This document shows positions 36,510 through 46,020 of a DNA stretch of 64,000 nucleotides, in pieces. Each line of letters opens with the position of its first letter. Positions within the stretch are counted from its first letter, which is position 1. Under the pieces are notes generated by a model. The model ran no database searches and had not been told where the DNA came from. It was given only the letters and a program-made list of their open reading frames with translations. Position numbers and translations under genes: made by a program. This DNA is from a virus: the IMG/VR virus record IMGVR_UViG_3300045971_000528, positions 42,082 through 106,081 of that record. One strand, 5' to 3'.

Positions 36510-37144
36510 AGGTTCGTCAGATCGATGATGTCGAGTCGCTTGAAGACGGCTGACTTGTGGATGCCCTTGAAGAAGCCGCCAGGCATGACAAGCTCTTCTT
36601 CAGCTGACTGACCAGCAGTGTGGTAGAGCAGGCCGAAGAACATCTCGTCCCTGAACTTGTTCCACACCTGCGAGAAGGCGTGCTCGTGTCCAGGATTTTC
36701 GTCGTCGAACTCTTGTCCGGTTGCTTGTTTGAATTCACGGTCCCACACCCCATTGAAAGCTTCTTCACCGATCCAGGCATCATAGCCCATGTAGAGGCCA
36801 TTGTCTTCAGGACGGTAGCCCACGAACACGAGAGACTTGTCATCGACGGGTGATGAGAAGCTGAAGGCGTGATGTGGCTTGCGGGAGCCCTTCACCTTAG
36901 ACAGATCCATCTCGATTTCGACTTCAATGCCGTCAGAGCGCTTCAGCAGACGCATCACTCGGTTTTGGGCATTGTCGATGGCAGGACCATCCTCACCATC
37001 ACCAAAGACCAACTGGCCCTTGTAGGTGAGTGCGTTCTTCTTGGCACGCATGGCCTTGACGTAGGTGTTCTTGTAGAACCTGACGAGGTCACCTAGTTCG
37101 ACTAGGTTAGCTGCGTCTTCCGAGAGCAGTTCATTGATCTTCAT
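36506..37144 (-). CDS. array-B first gene (MKINELLSE leader)
   Basis: GTAAATA at 37169-37175. Confidence 0.75.
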   Translation of the reverse strand: MKINELLSEDAANLVELGDLVRFYKNTYVKAMRAKKNALTYKGQLVFGDGEDGPAIDNAQNRVMRLLKRSDGIEVEIEMDLSKVKGSRKPHHAFSFSSPVDDKSLVFVGYRPEDNGLYMGYDAWIGEEAFNGVWDREFKQATGQEFDDENPGHEHAFSQVWNKFRDEMFFGLLYHTAGQSAEEELVMPGGFFKGIHKSAVFKRLDIIDLTNL

Positions 37145-37187
37145 AGCTGATCCGTAGCATGGATCAGCTATTTACGGACAACCAGTG

Positions 37188-37418
37188 TCAGCCGAAGATC
37201 TTGGTGATGACTGCTTCAGGCACCTGCCAGAGCAGGGTGTCCTGTTCCGTAGTGAGCGACTCAGAGATGGAGATGCCACGGACGATGTCGGTGACAATCT
37301 CGAGAGCCTCTTCTTTGAGGAGATGCGTAGAGACCGATTGATCTTCCAGCCGAAGCTGGAGATTCCGTGATAGATCTGGCGGCAGGCGTCGAAAGATCTC
37401 TACGATGTCCATGTTCAA
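37188..37418 (-). CDS. hypothetical protein
   Basis: coupled ORF. Confidence 0.55.
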   Translation of the reverse strand: MNMDIVEIFRRLPPDLSRNLQLRLEDQSVSTHLLKEEALEIVTDIVRGISISESLTTEQDTLLWQVPEAVITKIFG

Positions 37419-37720
37419 CCCCGAAGTAGCTGATTGGAAGGTGTGGCGAGGATCAAACCGGTGGTCTGTTGAATGTAGCTGTCGGAAACCTCACCGAGGA
37501 TCTTGACAGGGCGCGCCACGAGCGCGTGATCGAGCAGCTCGACTTCTTCTTCGTCGTGCAGAAGCGACCACTTCGAGAAGCCAAGGGTTGGCTGGCCATC
37601 GGCGCCGCGCATCATGTGGATGACGAGCGGGTTCTTGACCTTGTAACCAGTGCCAGTGGCAGCAACCAGGTTGGCAATGAGTTCCTGACCAGTCGTCAGC
37701 ATGAATGAGCGAATGTCCAT
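37415..37720 (-). CDS. Sm-like small protein of T4-like phages
   Basis: LTTGQELIA, KNP, Y.Q.T.GL pattern. Confidence 0.55.
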   Translation of the reverse strand: MDIRSFMLTTGQELIANLVAATGTGYKVKNPLVIHMMRGADGQPTLGFSKWSLLHDEEEVELLDHALVARPVKILGEVSDSYIQQTTGLILATPSNQLLRG

Positions 37721-37747
37721 TGAAATATCCCGGGAGTTTGAAAGTAT

Positions 37748-38158
37748 TTACAGAGCTTCAGGCAGCTGATACATCCGCTGCATGTTGTTCGTGATGAACG
37801 AACGCCAGCCGTCACGGTCCGTCGAGTAGACGTGAAGCAGGTGGGGTTGTTCTGGGCGGCCTGCACCGGCGAACACCGTCGGATCAGACGATGGCAGCAG
37901 CTTCGGATCGAGCGTGCACTCCATGATCGCGTTGGTGCCATCAGCCTTGGTGAACTCGATGACCCACTTGCCGACTTGCAGGTAGCTGCGGATCTGCTCG
38001 CGCTTCTCGAGCTGAGATTCGGTCATGACTGTCGCTGGCTTGGGGATCTTGGGAATCGTTTTGCGGTACGGTGCATTTGGGCCACCGATCTTGGTGTCGG
38101 CAATGGGCACCCCGTTCTGCATGGAGTTGAGGACGGCGATGGTGGATGGCTTGGTCAT
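37748..38158 (-). CDS. SH3/WYL-like beta-barrel protein
   Basis: FTKADGT..M.CT and GWRSF motifs. Confidence 0.65.
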   Translation of the reverse strand: MTKPSTIAVLNSMQNGVPIADTKIGGPNAPYRKTIPKIPKPATVMTESQLEKREQIRSYLQVGKWVIEFTKADGTNAIMECTLDPKLLPSSDPTVFAGAGRPEQPHLLHVYSTDRDGWRSFITNNMQRMYQLPEAL

Positions 38159-38449
38159 TCAGAGTCTCCTCGGGCTTGGGCAGCAGCTTCTTCTGCTTCA
38201 CGATCACAGTCCATAACGCACTTGTCGGCGATATGGTTGGCAAGGGAAATCAAGATCGAACGAACACTCTCACGGCTCATGCACTCGTTCATGCACGTGA
38301 TCTCATGGGTATCTCGATTCACATCGAAGGAGAGTTGGCCGAAGCCACAGCCCTTCCAGGCCCAGTTGAAGTAGGCCTGGCCTTGGAAGATCGTACCGAT
38401 CTCAGGTGGGTTCGCGGCCATCATAGCCCGCCGTTCATCAGGTGTCATC
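38155..38449 (-). CDS. hypothetical protein
   Basis: ORF in gene run; start approximate. Confidence 0.5.
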
Positions 38450-38984
38450 ATAGTTCGTCGATGTTGAGAATGCAGCCCTTGACTTGGAGGTCTGGCCACA
38501 TGAAGGTTTCATTGAACACGGCGTCATCGAGGAGCATCACCTCGCCGACAATACCATGCTCGCGTGTCTTGGAGAACATGTTGCGCATACAGAGACGGAA
38601 GGCTTCGTGTTTGCCCCAAAAGTTGCTCATCTCCTGGAAGTCGACGAGGCTGCGTTGAAGCCCCATCACCTTGCAGCAAACCGGGAGAATGTCTTCGTCG
38701 ACGGTGGGCACTAGACTGAATTGCATGCCGAGCGCCGCCTCCAGCATTGGGCGAACGGCTTGATTAAACTGCTCGCGTTGCGCGACGTTCCAGATGGCGA
38801 AAGAGAAGATGTGCAGGAAGTCTGGCTGAAACTTCGCCATGACCGCCTTGACCTTGTCAATGTTGATGAGCTCCGTCTTCCACCAACCCTCGATCACGGG
38901 CGTGATCACGGTGTCTTCGAGGTCTATAAATAGATGGGAACGAACTTCAGGAGCCCGAGTTGAGTGATCAAATGATGCATCCAT
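38448..38984 (-). CDS. HAD-like hydrolase
   Basis: FIDLEDT, IFS, LLDD motifs. Confidence 0.65.
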   Translation of the reverse strand: MDASFDHSTRAPEVRSHLFIDLEDTVITPVIEGWWKTELINIDKVKAVMAKFQPDFLHIFSFAIWNVAQREQFNQAVRPMLEAALGMQFSLVPTVDEDILPVCCKVMGLQRSLVDFQEMSNFWGKHEAFRLCMRNMFSKTREHGIVGEVMLLDDAVFNETFMWPDLQVKGCILNIDEL

Positions 38985-39670
38985 ATTGTGTCTACATTAC
39001 CTTCTATCATGGTGACCTTCTACCTCCATTTTACATCGGATCGTCGTCAACGTGTAAAGTGGAAGCAGGTTACAATGGCACCGTTTCATCTAAAACGTGG
39101 AAGCGCGTGTGGGAAGATGAACAGCGACTTCACAAAGATCTATTCTACACGATGATCGTGTCAGTGCATCCTACCCGTAATGATGCACTCGAAGCCGAAT
39201 TCGCAGCACAAAAACAGTTCGATGCGGTCAACTCAGATCTATTCATCAACAAGGGGTATGCTCACAAGAAGTTTTGGGGCGAGAACTTCAAACCTGGACA
39301 CCGACACACAGAAGAAACGAAAGCGAAGATGCGAAATCGAGTAGTGACGGAGGAGACACGAAGAAGAATGTCAGAGGCCGGGAAACTAAAAGCGCCAATG
39401 TCAGAGGAGACACGAGCCAAAATGCTTGCACGTGATCCCGCAACCCGTCTTCATTCTACCGAAACAAAAGCAAAGATCAGCAGATCAAACAGAAAACCAA
39501 AGACGGCCGAGGCCGTCAAAAATTCAGTTGCCGCTCGTTTGGCAGTCATGACCCCGGAGTTCAGAGAGAAGTTAGCAGCCAATCGTGGCAAGCATTGGTA
39601 TAACAACGGCACCAAAAGCTTCTTGATGCTTGACACTGAAGCCGATGGTCTGCAGCGTGGTCGCCTTTAG
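38972..39670 (+). mobile_element. free-standing GIY-YIG homing endonuclease with NUMOD3 repeats
   Basis: YCVY..FYIGS; HTEETKAKM-type repeats; AT-richer; own TATAAATA at 38925. Confidence 0.88.
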
Positions 39671-40008
39671 ATCTTCAGGTGCTGCGTCAATCCGTCCAGC
39701 TGCTTCATCTGGGCTTTGGTTGCTTTCTGATCCGTCGGGAGTAGACATTTTTGTGCGAGGGCCTGTGTCATCATTCGGATACCGTTCTCGGACATCTTCG
39801 ATGCCACGATCACTTTGCGCTGGGCGGGCGTCACGTCTTCTTGCGTGAAGAAAACGTACTGGGCCCCGCTGCCCCGTTTGGGGTCAGGGTAGAAGGCCTC
39901 AGTGAAAAGACCCGTCGCCATCGGCGTCAAAGTTGCGCGGTACCAAAGTCGTGTTGAGTTCTGCGGTGTCATGCGGAGCCAGGAAGTGAAGGGGCTCCAT
40001 ACCACCAT
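39667..40008 (-). CDS. hypothetical protein
   Basis: early promoter at 40015-40044. Confidence 0.55.
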   Translation of the reverse strand: MVVWSPFTSWLRMTPQNSTRLWYRATLTPMATGLFTEAFYPDPKRGSGAQYVFFTQEDVTPAQRKVIVASKMSENGIRMMTQALAQKCLLPTDQKATKAQMKQLDGLTQHLKI

Positions 40009-40051
40009 AAGAACATTGTATCACGGTACCGCGCCTTTGTACACAGTCTAG

Positions 40052-40381
40052 TCAGGTTGAAGCTGCTTCTCGTGCCAGCTCCATCTGAATGCCCGCTTCC
40101 TGACGGCTGAGGTGCCGCTCGGTGATCAGCTCAGTTGCTTCAGTGATGAGGCTCTTGTGCTCCTCGCGGAGGTTCTCCATCTTGGCATGCGCGCCATGGT
40201 AGTCAGCGCGGCGTTGCGAGATCCACTTGTAGTCAAACGCGCCATGCTTCGAGAACTCGCGCTGGGCGTTCTTGAAATCGACCTTCACCTTGCGGATGCC
40301 GGCGATCGTGTCGAAATACTGGAGGCGCCATGTAGCAACGTAGGCGAGGTAGGTTTTACGGGAGTTGAATTCGAATTTCAT
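40052..40381 (-). CDS. helical hypothetical protein
   Basis: AAGGA RBS. Confidence 0.7.
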   Translation of the reverse strand: MKFEFNSRKTYLAYVATWRLQYFDTIAGIRKVKVDFKNAQREFSKHGAFDYKWISQRRADYHGAHAKMENLREEHKSLITEATELITERHLSRQEAGIQMELAREAAST

Positions 40382-40461
40382 GATATGGTATCCTTAAGGT
40401 TGGGTGAATGAGTTGTTGGGCAAATTCGGTCACCTTAGGGAGGACCCCGGGCTTGGGTAAA

Positions 40462-40496
40462 TGCGCGCGCTATCTAGCAACTAATGCTATAAGTCG
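40462..40496. repeat. 35-bp dispersed intergenic repeat, copy 2
   Basis: 31/35 identical to 893-927. Confidence 0.8.
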
Positions 40497-40514
40497 CACG
40501 CTGAGTGGTGGTGT

Positions 40515-40976
40515 TCATAGTCCAAGTTCCTTCTTCAGTTTGGTGTACTGCTCGAGCTGGCTTTTGCGGAGCCGCTCGTCAGCCAAGGCCCTCGCCTTGA
40601 GTGCATTGGCGTGTGCTTCGGCTTCGCGGGCTTCACGGAGCTTCTTCTCACGTGCTGCCCGCTCTTCGAAGATCTGCGCCACGAGGGCATCGAACTTCAC
40701 AAGCTCTTCACGTTCCTCGTCAGACCACTTGTCGTCCTCGGCGCTGTAGTCCGAGTGCTGGAGGTTCTGGAAGTTGTCGTCACCGTGACGCTTCCCGTTG
40801 ATCAGGAGAAGCGTGTCAGCAGACGACCACTGGCAGTTTGCCCAAGCACGAGCTGCTTCGTCGAGTTCATCGAACTGTTCGATCTCGCAAGAGCCCTCCG
40901 AGAGGATTCGATCTGGGTCGCCGCAGCAGCCGCGCTCGATCTCGGTGCCTTCGAACTTGATGATGGTGAACTTCAT
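40515..40976 (-). CDS. hypothetical protein, C-terminal coiled coil
   Basis: ATGA-coupled. Confidence 0.7.
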   Translation of the reverse strand: MKFTIIKFEGTEIERGCCGDPDRILSEGSCEIEQFDELDEAARAWANCQWSSADTLLLINGKRHGDDNFQNLQHSDYSAEDDKWSDEEREELVKFDALVAQIFEERAAREKKLREAREAEAHANALKARALADERLRKSQLEQYTKLKKELGL

Positions 40977-41365
40977 GATTGTGCCCCAGTGATACGGTGG
41001 TATTCAGCGATGATCGCGGCCTTCCGAGCTTCTTCAGCGCGGGCAGCTTCTTGACGTTCGGCTTCTTCCTTGTCGGCAACGAACTGCTTCGCAGCAGCGA
41101 TCGGGTCTTCGGCGTTCATCACGCTCAGCGGGATCCGATGTTCGCCGTCCATAGCGCAGCATCGAACTTCGTACGCTGTCTCGATCACGAACTCGTCGCC
41201 GTCCTCGTACGTGCGAGTGATTCGGTCGTGCCCGATCTGGCCTTCACCGAGGGCTTCGAGAATCTTGTCGAGCTCGATAGCGAACTCGTACGATGCCTGC
41301 GCCTTGCGGGCCTTGGCATGGCTGATCTCAGATTCGAGATCGCTGAGTGTGTCGCGGAGGCTCAT
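40973..41365 (-). CDS. hypothetical protein, C-terminal coiled coil
   Basis: ATGA-coupled. Confidence 0.7.
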   Translation of the reverse strand: MSLRDTLSDLESEISHAKARKAQASYEFAIELDKILEALGEGQIGHDRITRTYEDGDEFVIETAYEVRCCAMDGEHRIPLSVMNAEDPIAAAKQFVADKEEAERQEAARAEEARKAAIIAEYHRITGAQS

Positions 41366-41820
41366 GATTGTCCTCCCATGGCGGCGAGCTTCTTGTTCAG
41401 CTCTGCCTGTTGGCGGAGCAGCGCAGCACGGGTCTGTTCGAGTTCCTTCTGTGCCGCCTGGATCTTGCGGGCCTCGATCGTCTTCAGATGACGCTTGAAG
41501 AAGTCGAACTGCTTCTGCTTGAAGAGATCGTGCTGGCCGTCGAGCACCAGCGGGTCGAGTTGAAAGCTGCCGCTGATCTCGTCTTGACCACCCCAGTGAC
41601 CGCGTTCCCAGCAGTTGATCGAACCACCTTCACCCACCTCCATCCAATCCGTGTACTGGAGATAGCGATAGTTCGAGTCCATGCTGTGTGAAAAGCCGGC
41701 AGTGACCGAAGCTTCTCGCATGAGTTGGAGTTGAGTCTCGGCGAAGCCGTGAAGCTTGCCCTCGAGTTCGCTGACTTGGTTCATGAGGTCAGCATGTTGT
41801 TGCAAAAGTGCGTGGCTCAT
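41362..41820 (-). CDS. hypothetical protein, C-terminal coiled coil
   Basis: ATGA overlap with the Pth2 stop. Confidence 0.7.
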   Translation of the reverse strand: MSHALLQQHADLMNQVSELEGKLHGFAETQLQLMREASVTAGFSHSMDSNYRYLQYTDWMEVGEGGSINCWERGHWGGQDEISGSFQLDPLVLDGQHDLFKQKQFDFFKRHLKTIEARKIQAAQKELEQTRAALLRQQAELNKKLAAMGGQS

Positions 41821-42146
41821 TTGATGCTCCAAAGTGGGAGATGTGAAAGGAAGAACTTTTGATCGGCAGTGATCATGCACGAGATCGCAGTGAGACCCCA
41901 GTGTTGGTAGGGTTCATGGAACTCGGCAGTCTTGATGCCCTGTTCGTGCAGCGAATGACGCAGCAACTCGAGTGACTTGGTGTCACGAGCAGACAGGTGG
42001 ATCAAAGACGGGTGATGGTCGTGAGGGCGACCGAACTGGAACGCGTATTCGAGAGCGGCGTGGCCGGCCTGAATAGCCTGGTGCGCGAGTGGGAGATCGC
42101 GGCGGGAGATCGTGTAGAGATAGGACTTGCGGGAAACCTACATCAT
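41817..42146 (-). CDS. Pth2-like peptidyl-tRNA hydrolase with in-frame TAG at codon 3
   Basis: GAGG-N5-ATG ATG TAG then VSRKSYLYTISRRDLPLAHQAIQAGHAALE...FHEP..GLTAIS..LPLW. Confidence 0.8.
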
Positions 42147-42262
42147 GATAGCCTCGTAGTGTGGTGACTTCGTTTACAGCGTGGTGAAGTCGATACCGGT
42201 TCAATGCTGCGGGACTCTTTGTTGACTGTTCTATTCTACCATAGTCAACGCCGAATGTACAA

Positions 42263-42547
42263 CTATTTATGCGAATCCTTCAGGTCGACACCCAGCATTT
42301 TGGCAGCAACCTCGTCGAAAGACATCTCGAGGTCATGGTAGACGATGGTGCTACCATCTTTGCGTGCCTTTTCCGTGAAGAGGTTCATGACCATGTTCGA
42401 CCGATGCTCGCGGCTCGGGTTCACGAGAGGACCCCAGAGCATCATGTCGCCGATCTTGGTGCCTTCAGCAGGCGGCCAGGTGGGCGTGATGCAGACGATG
42501 TCGTGTTCCTTGGCCACAGCCAGCATCTTGTCGAACAGGTTCTTCAT
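42263..42547 (-). CDS. hypothetical protein with RecA/UvsX-like fragment
   Basis: IVYHDLEMSFD..A..LGVD resembles a RecA segment. Confidence 0.5.
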   Translation of the reverse strand: MKNLFDKMLAVAKEHDIVCITPTWPPAEGTKIGDMMLWGPLVNPSREHRSNMVMNLFTEKARKDGSTIVYHDLEMSFDEVAAKMLGVDLKDSHK

Positions 42548-43032
42548 GATCCGGTGCTCAACATGAGGGTGTCAGCCCGGCCCGGCTTCGGCTGGAAATC
42601 CTCGACGAAGATGTGGTGGGTGTCACCACTCGCGTCGATCGCACCGTCAGCAGCGATGTAGAGGTCCTTCCAGGTGGGGCCTTCCACGTCTGCCGTCACA
42701 TGCACGGAGCTGGTGTGGTACTGGAGCTTTGTGATCTTGCCGAACGGATGGTCAGCGAGCAGGTCTTCGACTTCATGCAGACTCCAGATCGCCTTGAGGT
42801 TGTGCTCGATCGCGACCTTGCCGGCACTGTCGATGCTCTTCTCGGCCATTGCATCGTCCTGCTCGTACGCGTTCTTCAGCCCCTTATTCAGGAGGTCGAT
42901 CGCCTTCTGGAGACGGGCGGCCATCTTCGGATGCACGACGCCTTCCATCGACTGCAGAATGCCGTGCAGCTCGCACTTGGCATTGTGGACATCAGCGAAC
43001 TCAGAAGGAGTCAGAGTGGGAGAGATGTTCAT
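42544..43032 (-). CDS. hypothetical protein
   Basis: AAGGA RBS. Confidence 0.7.
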   Translation of the reverse strand: MNISPTLTPSEFADVHNAKCELHGILQSMEGVVHPKMAARLQKAIDLLNKGLKNAYEQDDAMAEKSIDSAGKVAIEHNLKAIWSLHEVEDLLADHPFGKITKLQYHTSSVHVTADVEGPTWKDLYIAADGAIDASGDTHHIFVEDFQPKPGRADTLMLSTGS

Positions 43033-43045
43033 GCCTGTCCTTGAT

Positions 43046-43120
43046 TGGTGCGCCCGGCGGGAATCGAACCCGCGCCAAAGGATTTAGAATCCCCTACTCT
43101 AACCGCTGAGCTACGAGCGC
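43046..43120 (-). tRNA. amber suppressor tRNA (anticodon CTA)
   Basis: stem GGGGA/TCCTT, loop TTCTAAA, CCA; own TATAAT just upstream. Confidence 0.8.
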
Positions 43121-43182
43121 GTATTTGGTGCATGTAGCCATTATACCATAAGCGCCGAATCCGGACAACAAGAAGTGTAACG

Positions 43183-43374
43183 TCAGAAGCTGATCTTCCC
43201 GGTGGCCCACATGACAGCAAGAGTCGGCACCAGAATGTGCTCGAAGATCTCGTACAGCGTCATGAACGTGAGAAGCACTGCAAAGAGCGGGTTGGTCTCA
43301 GCCTTCGTGGCGAGCCAACGGAAGAAGCGAGCGTGTGTAGCAGCAATCTGCTGGGCAATTTTGACGATGAACAT
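43183..43374 (-). CDS. small membrane protein
   Basis: GGAGG RBS, hydrophobic. Confidence 0.6.
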   Translation of the reverse strand: MFIVKIAQQIAATHARFFRWLATKAETNPLFAVLLTFMTLYEIFEHILVPTLAVMWATGKISF

Positions 43375-43430
43375 AAGAACCTCCAATGAGAATGATTCTT
43401 ATTTACAGAGAACATCTAGCGGAAACAACA

Positions 43431-43448
43431 ACGGACCCGAAGGTCCGT
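43431..43448 (-). terminator. cUUCGg terminator after tmRNA
   Basis: ACGGACC-TTCG-GGTCCGT followed by T-rich tract. Confidence 0.7.
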
Positions 43449-43454
43449 GTCGGA

Positions 43455-43740
43455 TGACTCAGCGAACTGAGTCACCTACCGTTTGATGACAAGGACCGGG
43501 TGTCCTCGCAAAGCTTACGCCGCTAGGCGCAGTCCTTCGAAGTTAGCATCGTTTGCAGATACTTGGTTTTGCTTGATTTACGGTCATCGCCTACCGAGCG
43601 CAAGAAAAGTTACTAGTCTGTCGGTCGATTACCAGATCACCCCCATCAGAAGAACACCCGCAGATGCGCTTATGGTGGAGGTGGGGGGATTTGAACCCCC
43701 GTGTCGCCAGCATTTCTCAGTCCTCGTTTACGCTGTTATT
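43455..43740 (-). ncRNA. ssrA: circularly permuted (two-piece) tmRNA, tag ANDANFEGLRLAA
   Basis: T arm and CCA (ending 43673) precede 5' GGGGGTG (43644); G3:U wobble; tag at 43515-43556; outer ends approximate. Confidence 0.92.
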
Positions 43741-44356
43741 GGAAGCCTGGGTTCAGGCGTCCCAATTTCAAATTCTTCGTCCTCTCGTCAGTGATGGCAA
43801 GCAGAAAATTGGTAGTTGAATCATTATACCACCTTTTCCCGTACGTGCCATTCTTTTTGCACTTTTTGTTTTCGATCCATTCGCTTGACAAAATCCATCC
43901 AACAGGTTGATCACCACGAACAAACCTCCTTCGGTCGCCATCAGCATCTCGATAGATGCTCGTACCAAATGCAGAATTTGTATCGCCTTGCTGGTGGTTG
44001 ATCGATGCGTATGTGTTCTTCCGTTTAGCAACCGCTTCTGGTGTGGAAGCCTGGGCCGTGGCATATTCTTGGTTCTTCGTATTTAGTTTCCAATTAGCAG
44101 ATGTCGGCTTTTTCCAGGGTTGATTTGCAGCGACTGCCTTATGACCACCTAGTCTTTGCAGCTCATGCACTAATTCTGACTTCGAGATAATTCCTGCCAA
44201 ACCTTTCCAAGCCAACTTGTCCTCTACTCTACCGTGCGTTTCATAGAGCAGCCGGTGTGCTTCGGCGTGTTCAGCAACGGTGAGCAGTTCTATGTTGTCT
44301 GGAGAATCTGTTCCACCAGCATGTGTGGGAATTTTGTGATGACGATGTTTCAACAT
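43736..44356 (-). mobile_element. HNH homing endonuclease
   Basis: HHKIP..GG.D..DN..L...EH...H; AT-rich; TATAAATA 4 nt before ATG. Confidence 0.88.
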
Positions 44357-44614
44357 CGTCTATTTATACGGAATCGAACCTATGTCCTATGGTGTCAGGA
44401 TGTTGCCGATATCCTCGAGCTGTTTGCGGATGTTATCGAACATGTCTTCAACGGCCTTCTGTTCATCGGGCGTCATCGGTTCGACGTGCCCATCGATGAT
44501 GATGATTCCGTATTCGACCTCAGTCTTGTACGAAACACCTGGTGATGTCAGTGGCTTCTTCCCGCGCTTCGATATGATTTTCAAGGACAGCTCCCGTATG
44601 CTGCCTTATTTATC

Positions 44615-44928
44615 TCACCAACGGTCGCGGAGGTCCGCAAAGCTGGTATCGGGAACAAACTTGTACCGCTTGATGTGCTCGGCGCAGATGGCCTTCAATG
44701 CCTTCTGCATGTCCGCTGGCCAGCCCTCACGATCGAACTGGTCAGTGTAGATCCACCGCATGAGATTGTTCTGCAGAAGCTGGGTGCCCCACTCTCCCAC
44801 GATCTGCTTGTAGATCCGCGGGTACATGGCTTTCACCACGAGCAGCGGATTGAGATCAGTGTGGGGCATGTCGAGGCCGGACGGTTCAGTGTCCTCAAAA
44901 CCCGGCAGCTGCGGAAAATCCATGCTCA
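44615..44928 (-). CDS. hypothetical protein
   Basis: coupled ORF; start approximate. Confidence 0.55.
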
Positions 44929-44930
44929 TG

Positions 44931-45410
44931 TCATCCTCGCTTGTCCCTCTTCGCCTGCTGGGCTGCGTGCTTCTCACAGTAGGTCTTGAGCCAGTTCTTG
45001 CCGCCGCACTCGCCGGGTGCACCACACGCTTCACACGTGTGGGATGCCTTTATCTCGGCAGTTCGAATGTAGTTGCCGATGGCGCTGTAGAACGCCTCCT
45101 CGTCTGGCGCTTTGCCTGCCTTCGACTGCGTGTAGAAGCGCAAGCCACCAAACTTCTCCTTGATCTGTTGCGCTTGGCATGAAGATCCTGGGCACAGCTC
45201 CAACAAGCCTGTGATGCCGATGAACGCTTCTTCCAGGATCGGCCACCAACCTGGCCCGACCAGCGTGCCGAGATCTCGGCCCTTGAAGATCAACGGATAC
45301 TTGGCTTTGATCAGTTTCCACTCGGCTTCGATGATGTCCCAATGCCCATGGTCGTCGAGTACATCGCGGCTGACGGCAGCCTCGTAGGCGGTGATGGCGG
45401 CTTGGCTCAT
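44931..45410 (-). CDS. conserved phage protein with zinc ribbon
   Basis: QIKEKFGGLRFY and CEACG..C motifs. Confidence 0.75.
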   Translation of the reverse strand: MSQAAITAYEAAVSRDVLDDHGHWDIIEAEWKLIKAKYPLIFKGRDLGTLVGPGWWPILEEAFIGITGLLELCPGSSCQAQQIKEKFGGLRFYTQSKAGKAPDEEAFYSAIGNYIRTAEIKASHTCEACGAPGECGGKNWLKTYCEKHAAQQAKRDKRG

Positions 45411-45666
45411 AGGTGAAATGCCTTTTGAAGTAGAAGCACGACTGCGTCGCGCATGGTTTGTTTGAAGAGGGTGGTGCTGAAGTCGGCGGTCTTGAGTGTC
45501 TCGACCATACCGCGGATCTCGTCTTGCCGGTACTTCAATCGAGCGGTCTCCATCAGCTCCATCATGCCTTCACCACTCTGTGCCCACTCTTCCTTGACGC
45601 GCAAGATGTAGTCACGGCTGGATTCGCCGAACTGGACTTCGGGAAGTCGACTGAGTAGACGAATGT

Positions 45667-46020
45667 TCATTGCTTGTCCGTCCACTGGTTGTAGAGCTTC
45701 CAGCCCAGCACCACCTTCAAGCGCTGGTCGATGCTGGTCGTTGAGCGGCCAAGTTGCCACGCGCAGTGGGCAAGGTCGACGTCCATGAGGTGACCACCAT
45801 TCCCGCCAGCCCGCTGCGTAGCAATGTGCTTGAGCACATCATCTTCGGCCGGACTCCAGCGTGCGCCGAGGCGCGGACGATCGGTCCACGGCGGCATGGC
45901 TGGGTTCAGACCAAGCTGCGGGAACAACCAGGTCTCGGCCTTCTTTAGCGCACGTTGGCGCTGGATCTGCGCATAGACATGCGCTGTGGGATTGAATTGG
46001 GGGCGATAGCGGTAGGTCAT
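45667..46020 (-). CDS. hypothetical protein with Myb/HTH-like motif
   Basis: RWSPAEDD..LGRSTTSI..RL. Confidence 0.55.
   Translation of the reverse strand: MTYRYRPQFNPTAHVYAQIQRQRALKKAETWLFPQLGLNPAMPPWTDRPRLGARWSPAEDDVLKHIATQRAGGNGGHLMDVDLAHCAWQLGRSTTSIDQRLKVVLGWKLYNQWTDKQ

Noticed and set aside
43046-43120. Reading this tRNA as Arg(TCT)
   Set aside because: It needs a shifted stem with a G:A mismatch and no position 26, and the D loop lacks the Arg A20. The canonical register gives CTA.
43736-44356. Group I intron interrupting the tmRNA
   Set aside because: Both tmRNA pieces lie downstream of the HNH gene, no intron core is seen, and the HNH has its own late promoter.
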